Shown here one piece after another: positions 56,201-64,000 of a stretch of DNA of 64,000 bases (within the stretch, counting starts at the first letter, position 1; each line of letters opens with the position of its first letter). Below the pieces are notes generated by a model. It searched no databases. It saw only the letters and a list, made by a program, of their open reading frames with translations, and was not told the origin of the DNA. Origin of the DNA: Flavobacteriaceae bacterium. Lineage in GTDB: Bacteria; Bacteroidota; Bacteroidia; Flavobacteriales; Flavobacteriaceae. The position numbers were made by a program, and so were the translations under genes. Location: positions 1,549 to 65,548 of the forward strand of contig DASSWN010000005.1 in NCBI GenBank assembly GCA_035704905.1, read 5' to 3'.

Positions 56201-57327
56201 GAATCATCCAAGCCCAAATCGGTTGCATCGAGATTCGTCAAGTCAAAAAATTCATTTTCTTCTTCCGTATCGCAGGTTACGAGATCGGGCGGGGTTTGCA
56301 CCATCAAATCCGAAAAAAGTATTTCATCGCCAAAGGAACATGCGGTATTTGCCCGGAGAACCGAAACACCATAATGTCCTGGTTCGTTAACGCTAAGGGA
56401 ATTTCCCGTTTCGCCAACAAGGATTTCGCCATTCTTGGTCCAAGTATGCAGATAAAGCAATGGATTCAAATTGGTTTCCAGCACCTGTACATCGCCATCA
56501 CAAATCATTTGATCTTCGCCCAAATTCAAACTAGTGGAAAAACTTCCGGCAGCCAAAAAGATAGCCGAGTCGTAAAGTGCATCTTGCGAATCGCCTATCA
56601 CCAATCGAATTTTATAAGGGTTTCCCACAATTACTTCGGAAGAAGCGTTCAAAACCACTGTATGGCCACGCATATTGATGGTGGATTCGGAGGGGTTGTC
56701 GACATTGTAAGTGGAAAAAAGCTCGGGACTATCAGATTGGCAAGAAGGATTATAAAGATTGTCTTTAATGTTCCGAACAGAAACCGGTTCGCCTGTCGCA
56801 GGTATGACGGCCAAATTTATCGTGTTTCCGGTAATTAAATCGGTGAGCAGAAATGCAAATATATCGCTGGAAACGCATTGCCACGCTCCGTATTCATTGG
56901 AAGCAAAAAGAAAATCGAAACTAAAACTGCTCGAAAGCGGAATGAATTCAAAATCCATATAAGCAACATCGGTGATGATGGGCGATTGGCCTGAATCAAG
57001 GTTCAACTGTTCCAAAAATGCATCGCCATTATTGTTCAATTGGCTGCTTAAGTTGGAATCGGTGTACGTGCCTTCGGAAAATTCAGCTTCGCCACTCCGA
57101 ATGATAATTCCTTCGGAAATAGGAAAATCACCGCCCTGATTATTAAAATAAGCAACAGATTGATTCGAAGAAATGTTTATATTGGAAACTTCCAAACAGG
57201 AACTTTCCAACAAAATGTTCACCAGTTCAGAAGAAGAAAACAAATCATCCTCAATGGAAACGCTTTGCGAAAAACCGGCATTTGCGGCCAACAACAAAAA
57301 GAAATAAATCAACTTCTTGGGGGACAT
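53266..57327 (-). CDS. Giant T9SS type-B (gliding-motility C-terminal domain) surface adhesin with an N-terminal choice-of-anchor-L-like domain
   Basis: A signal peptide (LLLAANAGFSQ) starts from the ATG at 57327. The N-terminal domain contains ELVNILL..SC.EVSNI. The C-terminus contains FFTPNGDGHNETWNI...FDRYGKLL...WNG..NG...PSDDYWF, the CHU_C / type-B sorting signature. Confidence 0.85.
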   Translation of the reverse strand: MSPKKLIYFFLLLAANAGFSQSVSIEDDLFSSSELVNILLESSCLEVSNINISSNQSVAYFNNQGGDFPISEGIIIRSGEAEFSEGTYTDSNLSSQLNNNGDAFLEQLNLDSGQSPIITDVAYMDFEFIPLSSSFSFDFLFASNEYGAWQCVSSDIFAFLLTDLITGNTINLAVIPATGEPVSVRNIKDNLYNPSCQSDSPELFSTYNVDNPSESTINMRGHTVVLNASSEVIVGNPYKIRLVIGDSQDALYDSAIFLAAGSFSTSLNLGEDQMICDGDVQVLETNLNPLLYLHTWTKNGEILVGETGNSLSVNEPGHYGVSVLRANTACSFGDEILFSDLMVQTPPDLVTCDTEEENEFFDLTNLDATDLGLDDSIYDLIYYASLADIDAENPIPNGDLTQYESPGGESIFIKLHNQQTGNTCNSFYTVDLVVSIMPEATTPDDMEICESMAASVNLEETIPQILNGLNQDNFNFYFFLSENDAELGISAIPISFMLPDNFDPVTIWVRMQDSLNPNCYDIVSFEVIVRPEPIVDSIPNVVECSSFELPPIENGNYYTGSNGTGIPLFAGDIIEESGTYYIFNGPNEFGCINQSNFNVFLASDYEIGGPFCGEFLIPLPPLGSFYTSSGGPLGGGVLLPPGTVLNSSQTIYYYAELDGEICRDEAFDVVISNLPAVDDLGDVITCGQYILPALTTGNYFSQENGNGLQLNANDVITSSQDIYIFEDDSVCSNQSVFHVSIIPEFSDIDACGTYTLPALEVGGYFTEALGQGQQIPEGTIIDSSQTIYFYVETTTQPNCAENLSFHIDITHIEVDQLEDVLLCEGDFYELPPLVNGSYFTGSEATGNQLFPGDFIENSQTVYIYNTFENCFDQTSFFVEIRPLPEVDHFTDIHTCSDYMLPILENGSYYSEPGGNGTPLSAGTVITENQTLYIYSAYPDFPACFNQDEFTIYFDGIDVGTFEDVTICDEYIVPQLFFGNYYTQSDGQGEMLEAGDVITSDTEIFVYAENGERFICTSEDSFFVNISETPNLPFFPDVESCGSYTLPELSQEFYNVAYYWEPNGQNEIENHIITQPGTYSIYVYASAFDNINCDSQTKFTLRIYSLLNLEVEGGYLCRNLQTGEVETPAYLNSGLDPSEFTVNWYFQDSLVFSGPEFEAFEPGIYTVETIKLNPETGADCNYAPTTVEVLESATAIASAEVSQPFLEIAVITVKIEDGIGIYEYQLDNGNFHHDNEFYDVESGFHTITIRGLFGNCGETILEVEVIKHPKFFTPNGDGHNETWNIRDLQKHPEAKIHIFDRYGKLLSVLTPQQEGWNGLYNGRPMPSDDYWFKVEFIQDGKTHIFKSHFTLTRY
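54016..55728 (-). repeat. Eight tandem protein-level modules of about 65-75 aa inside the adhesin
   Basis: The modules start near residues C560, C628, C702, C767, C839, C911, C983 and C1056. Their shared pattern is C..Y.LP.L..G.Y(Y/F)(T/S)...G.G..L..G..I..SQT(I/L)Y(I/F)Y......C....F.V.I. The repeats have diverged at the nucleotide level. Confidence 0.75.
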
Positions 57328-57628
57328 CGTTGATAATTGCTTAAAACGACCGTTTGCGCTTTTTAGAAACGGCAACCTATTTATAATAAAATTATGTAAA
57401 AATAAAGTATTGAAATAAATAAAAGGCCGTTATTTAAAGATTTAACATTCTAGGGCTATAAGGTCAAAGAGGTTGAATAGCTGTTTATTAAGTGAACGTT
57501 TGTTATTTGAAAAAATTATTTTTCCTTTATATTTTTCTAGCAGGGAATCATAATTTTTTTAACAATCTATGTTGTATTGGTCGTGAATTATTCAAAACCT
57601 AACAGAAGGGGAAACTTTTTTGTGAGGA

Positions 57629-60600
57629 TTATTTTTGTTGAAAATTTAAGGGCTCCAACGTGTGAATAGCTTTTTTCACGGTGTTCATATCTTGAAAAAC
57701 CAACAATAAACGCAATCCGTTGCGGGTTTTCTTTTCTTTCATCGTACAGGTTTTTGAATGCGATTGCACAAACTGAAGAATTTTGGTAAAGGTTTCACTC
57801 TGGTAAAATTTGGATTGTTGATCGCCAATAAAATAGCCGATCATTTTCCCTTTCTTCAGCACAATTTTTTCCAGGCCAATTTGCTGTGCGATCCATTTTA
57901 AACGAACACTGTTGGGCAAATCCATCGCTTGAAGCGGCAGCTCACCGAACCGATCGACCAGTTCCGCCTCGAATTGCCGCAGTTCTTCTTCGGTTTTCAA
58001 GTCGTTCAATTTCGTATAAAGGTTCAGCCGTTCAGTAATATTGTTGATGTAATCATCAGGAAACAACAACTCGAAATCTGTGTCGATTTGTACGTCTTTC
58101 ACATAAGACCCCGATGATTGGGTTTTTTGGTCTTCATAAATTTCTGCGAATTCGTTTTCCTTTAATTCTTCAATAGCTTCATTCAGGATTTTTTGATAGG
58201 TGTCGAAACCAATTTCATTGATGAAGCCGCTTTGTTCCCCGCCCAGCAGATCGCCTGCTCCCCGTATTTCCAAATCTTTCATCGCAATATTGATTCCGCT
58301 GCCGAGTTCCGAAAATTGTTCCAAGGCGGTAATACGTTTTCGGGCATCATCGGTCATCGCGGAATAGGGCGGAGTGATAAAATAACAAAAGGCTTTTTTG
58401 TTGCTTCTGCCCACGCGCCCTCGCATTTGGTGCAAATCCGACAAACCAAAATTATTGGCGTTATTGATGAAAATCGTGTTGGCATTGGTTACGTCCAAGC
58501 CGCTTTCCACAATTGTAGTGGAAACCAAAACATCAAATTCACCGTTCATGAAGGCGAGCATCAAATTTTCCAATTTTTTGCCTTCCATCTGTCCGTGACC
58601 GATCCCAATTTTTGCATCCGGAACCAGTCGCTGAATCATTCCGGCGACTTCCTTGATGTTTTCGATGCGGTTGTGAATGAAAAAAACCTGTCCGCCACGT
58701 TGAATTTCGTAAGAAATCGCATCGCGAATAATTTCTTCGGAAAGCCGAATGACATGTGTTTCTATCGGATAGCGGTTTGGCGGCGGCGTGGTAATTGTTG
58801 AAAGATCGCGTGCGGCCATCAAACTGAATTGCAAGGTTCGCGGAATGGGAGTAGCAGTCAATGTCAGGGTGTCAACATTTTCTTTGATTGTTTTTAATTT
58901 ATCTTTTACCGCTACACCAAATTTTTGTTCTTCGTCAACGATCAGCAATCCCAAATCCTTGAATTTGATGGATTTGTTCACCAGTTGGTGTGTTCCAATG
59001 ACAATATCCACTTTTCCGTTGGCGAGTTCTTCCAAGGTTTTTCTACGTTCTTTGGCAGTGCGAAACCGGTTCAAATAATCGACTGTTACGGGAAAATCCT
59101 TTAAGCGTTCGGAAAAAGTTTTGTGGTGCTGAAAAGCCAAAATGGTCGTGGGAACCAGCACGGCAACCTGTTTACCATTATCTACCGCTTTAAAAGCCGC
59201 GCGAATCGCCACCTCTGTTTTTCCGAAACCGACATCTCCACAAACCAACCTATCCATTGGGCGCGGGCTTTCCATATCGCTTTTCACGGCATCCGTGGCC
59301 GTACTTTGATCGGGCGTATCTTCATATAAAAATGAAGCTTCCAGTTCATTCTGCAAATAACTATCCGGCCCATATTGAAATCCTTCTTGCGCGCGACGTT
59401 TGGCGTATAATTCGATTAAATTGAACGCAATATGCTTTACGCGCGCTTTGGTTTTTTGTTTCAGTTTCTTCCATGCACCGCTGCCGAGTTTGTAAATTTT
59501 TGGTGGTTTTCCATCTTTTCCGTTGTATTTGGAAATTTTATGCAGCGAATGAATGCTTAAATACAAAATATCGCGTTCGCCATACATAAGTTTGATGGCT
59601 TCTTGTTTGTTGCCTTCAACATCAATTTTTTGCAAACCGCCAAATTTTCCGATTCCGTGATCGATATGGGTAACGTAATCGCCCACTTCCAAATTGCTCA
59701 ACTCCTTTAACGTGATCGCTTGTTTTTTTGAATATCCGTTTTTCAGTTGGAATTTGTGGTACCGTTCGAAAATTTGATGATCGGTATAACAAACCAGTTT
59801 TAAATCCTCGGCGATAAATCCCTGAAAAAGCGGAAAAACAAGGGTTTTGTAATGAACCTCCCGATCTTGATCTTCAAAAATATCGTGAAAACGTTTGGCT
59901 TGTTGTTCGGTGGAACAAAAAATATAATTCTTGAAACCTGCTTCTTGATTGGTTATCAAATTGTCAATAAGCAATTCGAATTGTTTGTTGAAAGATGGCT
60001 GTGGTTTGGTGCGAAAAGAAATCGGGGCATTTTCCGCATAAAAAAAGGCAGAAGAACCGAACTCCACCAAAGAAAACGCAGATAATTGTCTTTCCAATTC
60101 TTTTGAACCGCAAAACAACTCTTCCGGCTGACTGTGTTTTATTTCGTTGGAAAGAGCCTTAAAAGTTTCCTCAGCTTTTGAAAATAATTTGTCGATACTT
60201 CCACGCAGCAAATCAAAATTCTTTAAAAAAACGATGGTTTCTGTAGAAATATAATCCAAGAAACTTTGACGAACTTCTTCCAAATGTTTGTTTTCAACAT
60301 TGGGCATCACCGAAATTTTCTTGATTTTTTCAGTGGAAAGTTGGGTTTCCACATCAAAACTGCGGATACTTTCCACTTCATCGCCAAAAAATTCAATTCT
60401 GAAAGGCAGGTCGTTACTGAAAGAAAAAACATCAATAATTCCGCCTCGCACGGAAAATTCACCTGGTTCCGAAACAAAATCCACGCGGTTGAAACGGTAT
60501 TCGAATAAAACTTCGTTTACAAAATCAAGCGATAGCTGATCGCCGACCGAGATTTTCAGTGTGTTTTTTTCGAGTTCTTTCCGCGTAACCACTTTTTCAA

Positions 60601-60994
60601 AAAGCGCATCTGGATACGTGACAATCAATGCTGGTTTTTTCCGCGAAGAAATTCGGTTCAGCACTTCGGAACGCAGCAATACGTTGGCATTGTCGGTTTC
60701 TTCCAATTGGTAGGGACGACGATAGCTTCCCGGATAGAAAAACACCTTTTTTTCGCCGACCAATTTTTCCAAATCGTTCAAATAATAGGCTGCTTCCTCT
60801 TTATCGTTGAAAATCAGCATAAAAGGTTTCTCTACTTTCTGGAAAGCTTCAGAAACCACAAAGGAGAACGCCGATCCCAGAAGTCCTTTTAAATGTATTT
60901 TTGGGAATTTATTTTCAGATAAAACAAGGGTTTCCCGTAGTTCCCGCAGTTGTGGGGAATGTGAAAAGATTTGTGCAATTTCGGTTTCGTTCAT
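57629..60994 (-). CDS. mfd: Transcription-repair coupling factor
   Basis: The product is about 1121 aa. It has a UvrB-homology N-terminus, a CarD-like domain and an SF2 helicase with the motifs GDVGFGKTEVA, DEEQKFGV and TATPIPRT. A TRG motif region is also present. I preferred the ATG at 60994 over the TTG at 61003. Confidence 0.95.
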   Translation of the reverse strand: MNETEIAQIFSHSPQLRELRETLVLSENKFPKIHLKGLLGSAFSFVVSEAFQKVEKPFMLIFNDKEEAAYYLNDLEKLVGEKKVFFYPGSYRRPYQLEETDNANVLLRSEVLNRISSRKKPALIVTYPDALFEKVVTRKELEKNTLKISVGDQLSLDFVNEVLFEYRFNRVDFVSEPGEFSVRGGIIDVFSFSNDLPFRIEFFGDEVESIRSFDVETQLSTEKIKKISVMPNVENKHLEEVRQSFLDYISTETIVFLKNFDLLRGSIDKLFSKAEETFKALSNEIKHSQPEELFCGSKELERQLSAFSLVEFGSSAFFYAENAPISFRTKPQPSFNKQFELLIDNLITNQEAGFKNYIFCSTEQQAKRFHDIFEDQDREVHYKTLVFPLFQGFIAEDLKLVCYTDHQIFERYHKFQLKNGYSKKQAITLKELSNLEVGDYVTHIDHGIGKFGGLQKIDVEGNKQEAIKLMYGERDILYLSIHSLHKISKYNGKDGKPPKIYKLGSGAWKKLKQKTKARVKHIAFNLIELYAKRRAQEGFQYGPDSYLQNELEASFLYEDTPDQSTATDAVKSDMESPRPMDRLVCGDVGFGKTEVAIRAAFKAVDNGKQVAVLVPTTILAFQHHKTFSERLKDFPVTVDYLNRFRTAKERRKTLEELANGKVDIVIGTHQLVNKSIKFKDLGLLIVDEEQKFGVAVKDKLKTIKENVDTLTLTATPIPRTLQFSLMAARDLSTITTPPPNRYPIETHVIRLSEEIIRDAISYEIQRGGQVFFIHNRIENIKEVAGMIQRLVPDAKIGIGHGQMEGKKLENLMLAFMNGEFDVLVSTTIVESGLDVTNANTIFINNANNFGLSDLHQMRGRVGRSNKKAFCYFITPPYSAMTDDARKRITALEQFSELGSGINIAMKDLEIRGAGDLLGGEQSGFINEIGFDTYQKILNEAIEELKENEFAEIYEDQKTQSSGSYVKDVQIDTDFELLFPDDYINNITERLNLYTKLNDLKTEEELRQFEAELVDRFGELPLQAMDLPNSVRLKWIAQQIGLEKIVLKKGKMIGYFIGDQQSKFYQSETFTKILQFVQSHSKTCTMKEKKTRNGLRLLLVFQDMNTVKKAIHTLEPLNFQQK

Positions 60995-61081
60995 TTTGTG
61001 CAAAGATAAAATCGGAAGAGCGAAAATCCCATTAAAAAAAGCTAAAAAAAGAAAATTTTGGCTCGGACAAAACCGCCTTCT

Positions 61082-61882
61082 TCAATCAAAAAGTTGTCGC
61101 AACACCTCCAACGATTTTGGTTTGCGGAATCCGGAAAGATGCAGTTCATAATAGAGCAACCATACTTCCAAAAAATGTGTTCGCTGCTTTCGATTTAATT
61201 TTAAGGTGGAAGCCGCATTGTAATCCATTTTTAATAAGGATTTTAGAAGGAGCGAGTCTTCTTTTCCCAAACAGTATTTTTCCGTTTCGTCTTGAAAAAT
61301 TCCTTCCAGCAAATTGAAATAATCCATGTCAGAATGAGAATTATCAGGGTAAAACCCCAAATATTTGGTAAGTTTCAGTAGAAATAAAATGGGAAAATTT
61401 GAACTGTTTTCGGCTTCATCCAACCAGATAAAACTTCTTTCCAAAAAATGAAACAAGGCTTTGTCGGTTTCTTCTTCTTGAATAGAATTTCGCAAAATTT
61501 CGGAAAGAAAAAATACAATGGAGGTTTTATGGAAATCGGTGTGTAAATTTTGATAAGGATAAACGATTTTTGCTTCGCGGATATGGTGTAGGTTTTTTTT
61601 TTCGCGATGGCTTGCAACGATTTCAAGTTGTGTCAATGCTTGGAACATAGAAGCACGTAATTTTCCCCCGCCCGAACGCCCACTGGATTCCTTTTGGGAA
61701 CTGGCTATTCGGGCCGGGCGGGCTTTTTTTGATTTTAAAATATTTCGCAGTAGGTAAGATTTCAAACCATGGCTTTCCGTAAAACATTTTACGATTAGGT
61801 CGGCTTCCGAATACTTTAGGGAAGAAACCACAATGGATTTTGTGGTAACCAATCCTTGGGAATGTGCCGAACCAGTTGACAT
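61082..61882 (-). CDS. recO: DNA repair protein RecO (with an unusual internal insertion)
   Basis: It contains TKSIVVSSLKYSEADLIVKCFT..GLKSYL and FQALTQLEIV, and ends ...GFRKPKSLEVLRQLF. This matches flavobacterial RecO. There are about 20 extra residues (ARPARIASSQKESSGRSGGG) at the position where relatives have 3-5 residues. Confidence 0.8.
   Translation of the reverse strand: MSTGSAHSQGLVTTKSIVVSSLKYSEADLIVKCFTESHGLKSYLLRNILKSKKARPARIASSQKESSGRSGGGKLRASMFQALTQLEIVASHREKKNLHHIREAKIVYPYQNLHTDFHKTSIVFFLSEILRNSIQEEETDKALFHFLERSFIWLDEAENSSNFPILFLLKLTKYLGFYPDNSHSDMDYFNLLEGIFQDETEKYCLGKEDSLLLKSLLKMDYNAASTLKLNRKQRTHFLEVWLLYYELHLSGFRKPKSLEVLRQLFD
61665..61723. repeat. GC-rich imperfect palindrome embedded in frame in recO
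   Basis: The sequence is cccccgcccgaacgcccactggattccttttgggaactggctattcgggccgggcgggc. Blocks cccgcccg/cgggcggg and cccgaa/ttcggg are complementary. On the plus strand T7 follows. The GC content is clearly above that of the surrounding sequence. Confidence 0.7.
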
Positions 61883-63999
61883 TAGCGGATAATCATTATT
61901 TTTTTAATAGTGGTTTCCAAGGCGTCTTCACCCGTCACCAAAACCAAATAAACACCCGAAGCCACTTTGTATTTGCCAAAAGCCCGAGTGTCCCATTGCA
62001 CGCTTCCTCCTTTGGAAACCACTTCATACACTAAGTTTCCGGTAATATCGGTGATTTTCACATTGGCATTTTCGGTGAGTTTGGCAATAGTCACCACACC
62101 ACTGTAACCCGGGCGCACAGGATTCGGATAAACGTAAACATCGCCCAGCGTTTCTTCTCCTTTGAGCACGCTGCTTTTAAAAGCCACCAAGCCATTAATC
62201 GTTCCAATATAAACTTTCCCGGAAACAGCATCAATCTCTACACTATTCACCGTATTGGAAGGCAATGGCGAATTTTCTTTGGTAAAATGCTGAAAGGTTT
62301 TTTGTCCATTCTCCGAAACATAAAAAATTCCCGCATCGGCGGTGGAAATCCATTTGTTGTTCGCCCCATCGACGGCAATATCTGTTATATACTGTTCGAA
62401 AAGCAGTTCTTGTGCCACATCATCTTCCAAGAAAATAATGGGGGCGACGTTGATATTTGCACCTTCCTGAAAAATTCCGGATGGTCCGTACATAACGCGA
62501 ATTCCGTGTTCCGTTCCAATCCATAGCCGATTGTTGTTGTCAAAAGCCAAAGCCGAAATTTTCGGATTGGAAAAATAATCGTCCGGAAAATCCACGCCGG
62601 GTGTATTGCTATCTATATTCACCGCTTTGTCTATATTGGGATTGTAAGCCATTATCCCCGATTTGTATGTGGCAAAGAATATATTTCCGCTGCTGCCAAT
62701 CACCATTTCGCCAACTCCATTGGAAAGTGGATCAGTAAATGCGTTGGAAATGTCGATATCTTGGATTTGCCCACCAGGGGTCATTTTTTTTAACGGATTC
62801 TCGATCAATCCGTTGGTGAGGTATAGGTTTCCTTGGCGGTCGAAAGCGGTGCCACCAATTCGGATGTCGGTGGCAGTGTTCAGGGTTGTGGGTTCCAAAT
62901 TGCTATTTGTTTCATTGTAAAGTTTAACGAATTCGCCATTTTGAAATTCCAACAAACCGCTGAAATAACTGCTCACGAAAACCTGTTCCGGGTTCATCGG
63001 GTTTATGGAAACATCGACCAAATCTTTTGCCTGAAATAATTCATAGGGATAATTGCGCCATTCCATGCCATTCAGATAGCTCAATCCATGTTCGGAAAGT
63101 GGATACGGATTAAAAGTAATATCATAGCCCCCATAAACCACCCAAAGTTCATTGGGAGCCGCCGTCATATCAAAAACCCGGTTCATCAAAGGCCCATTCG
63201 GACTCACGGATTCATATTGAGAGGGAAACGAGCCGGAAATCTGCAATAAACCCAATTCGGTGTCGCCCAAGAAAAACATATTGCCAAAATAAAATGCCGA
63301 ACTTAGGTTGAGGCTGGTATCCGGAAGGTTATCGATTGTGCCTACTTCCGTCAAGGTTTGGTCAAAAACATGAACCGCGTTCGAAGTAGTTGCGATCAAT
63401 GCCTCGTCGGAAGCGCGAAGGTCAAGGATGGGCCGACTGTACACATAAAGTGTTTGAAAACTGTTCCCGTCCAATCTGTTTAATGAATTGCCTGATTTTG
63501 CAGCGTAAATTTTATTCTGAAAGGAAACGATTCCGAACCAATTTCCGGGCGCCACGGTTTCCCAATGGGTGAAATCCACGAGATTCGGATCGTTTGCCAA
63601 CGCGCGCTTAACTCCGTGATTGGTGGCCGCATAAATGTAATCGCCCAAAATCGTAATTTGCGAAACACGAAGGTGCGAACCATCGTTCCCAATGAAAAAG
63701 CTTTCTCCAAATTCCCTGTTTTCCAAATCATAAACCGAAATTCCGTAATCGGTGGAAATATAAACCTTCCCTTCATGTTCGTAAAAATGGTTGATTATTT
63801 TTTCATCGGGGGAAATAGTTGCTTTCTCCAAAATATCGATAACGGACAAAACTTCTTCTTCGTCGTCGGCAACAATTTCGATAAGTCCGTTTTTATAACC
63901 GATTATTAGGAGGCCAAACGGCGCGGAATAATGTATTTCGGAAATGCTGTTCCCCGACAGGCCATTGATGGAGGTTATTTTTTTCGTGACCCCTCCACC
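61882..63999 (-). CDS. porZ: PorZ-like T9SS protein: two-component-regulator-propeller repeats plus a type-A C-terminal sorting domain; 5' end lies outside the window
   Basis: The frame stays open to the right window edge (..GGGVTKKITSINGLSGNSISEIHY..). Beta-propeller-like repeats are present. The C-terminus contains VYVYPNPVRPGY...VKITDITGNLVYE...GVYLVLV. Its stop overlaps the recO ATG as TAATG. The PorZ assignment is by architecture only. Confidence 0.65.
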   Translation of the reverse strand, partial: GGGVTKKITSINGLSGNSISEIHYSAPFGLLIIGYKNGLIEIVADDEEEVLSVIDILEKATISPDEKIINHFYEHEGKVYISTDYGISVYDLENREFGESFFIGNDGSHLRVSQITILGDYIYAATNHGVKRALANDPNLVDFTHWETVAPGNWFGIVSFQNKIYAAKSGNSLNRLDGNSFQTLYVYSRPILDLRASDEALIATTSNAVHVFDQTLTEVGTIDNLPDTSLNLSSAFYFGNMFFLGDTELGLLQISGSFPSQYESVSPNGPLMNRVFDMTAAPNELWVVYGGYDITFNPYPLSEHGLSYLNGMEWRNYPYELFQAKDLVDVSINPMNPEQVFVSSYFSGLLEFQNGEFVKLYNETNSNLEPTTLNTATDIRIGGTAFDRQGNLYLTNGLIENPLKKMTPGGQIQDIDISNAFTDPLSNGVGEMVIGSSGNIFFATYKSGIMAYNPNIDKAVNIDSNTPGVDFPDDYFSNPKISALAFDNNNRLWIGTEHGIRVMYGPSGIFQEGANINVAPIIFLEDDVAQELLFEQYITDIAVDGANNKWISTADAGIFYVSENGQKTFQHFTKENSPLPSNTVNSVEIDAVSGKVYIGTINGLVAFKSSVLKGEETLGDVYVYPNPVRPGYSGVVTIAKLTENANVKITDITGNLVYEVVSKGGSVQWDTRAFGKYKVASGVYLVLVTGEDALETTIKKIMIIR

Positions 64000-64000
64000 G

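Noticed and set aside
56296-56838. A 180-aa plus-strand ORF inside the giant adhesin gene
   Set aside because: It is antisense to the adhesin and has no motifs. The adhesin frame is continuous and carries recognisable N- and C-terminal domains.

Overview
This AT-rich, gene-dense window looks like a core chromosomal segment of a Flavobacteriia-type Bacteroidota genome. The supporting evidence is several T9SS C-terminal sorting domains, a PorZ-like propeller protein, a fused SecDF, FecI/FecR/TonB-type signalling, and repeated TAnnTTTG -7 promoter boxes. About 55 protein genes are supported. Most are housekeeping: feoAB, cbpAM, queD, scoAB, yicC-gmk-nadD, gpsA, folE, ndk, argS, ffh, folD, rluF, queE, gyrB, mdh, secDF, lgt, mfd and recO. 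The rest are envelope or T9SS cargo genes. I saw no rRNA, tRNA, CRISPR array, transposase, integrase, phage gene or recognisable defence gene, so I cannot support a new multi-gene system here. The most unusual signals are non-coding. (1) Several intergenic spacers are filled by inverted arms made of short, roughly 7-nt low-complexity units. The unit sequence differs at each locus (CAGT/ACTG on both sides of folD, TTTGAAAAT-type between scoA and scoB, CGCAAAG upstream of feoA). One cassette holds a decayed four-helix-bundle (23S rRNA IVS-like) gene. (2) A roughly 60-nt GC-rich imperfect palindrome sits in frame inside recO. (3) An orphan terminator-like hairpin lies between an ECF sigma gene and a divergent LRR T9SS gene. 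Secondary curiosities are a thioredoxin-fold envelope cluster, a giant T9SS type-B adhesin with 8 tandem Cys-anchored modules, a 1006-aa TPR protein paired with a plugless beta-barrel, and a folE/FNR-like pair with a long leader. All functional calls come from reading the translated ORFs against remembered family signatures. No searches were run.
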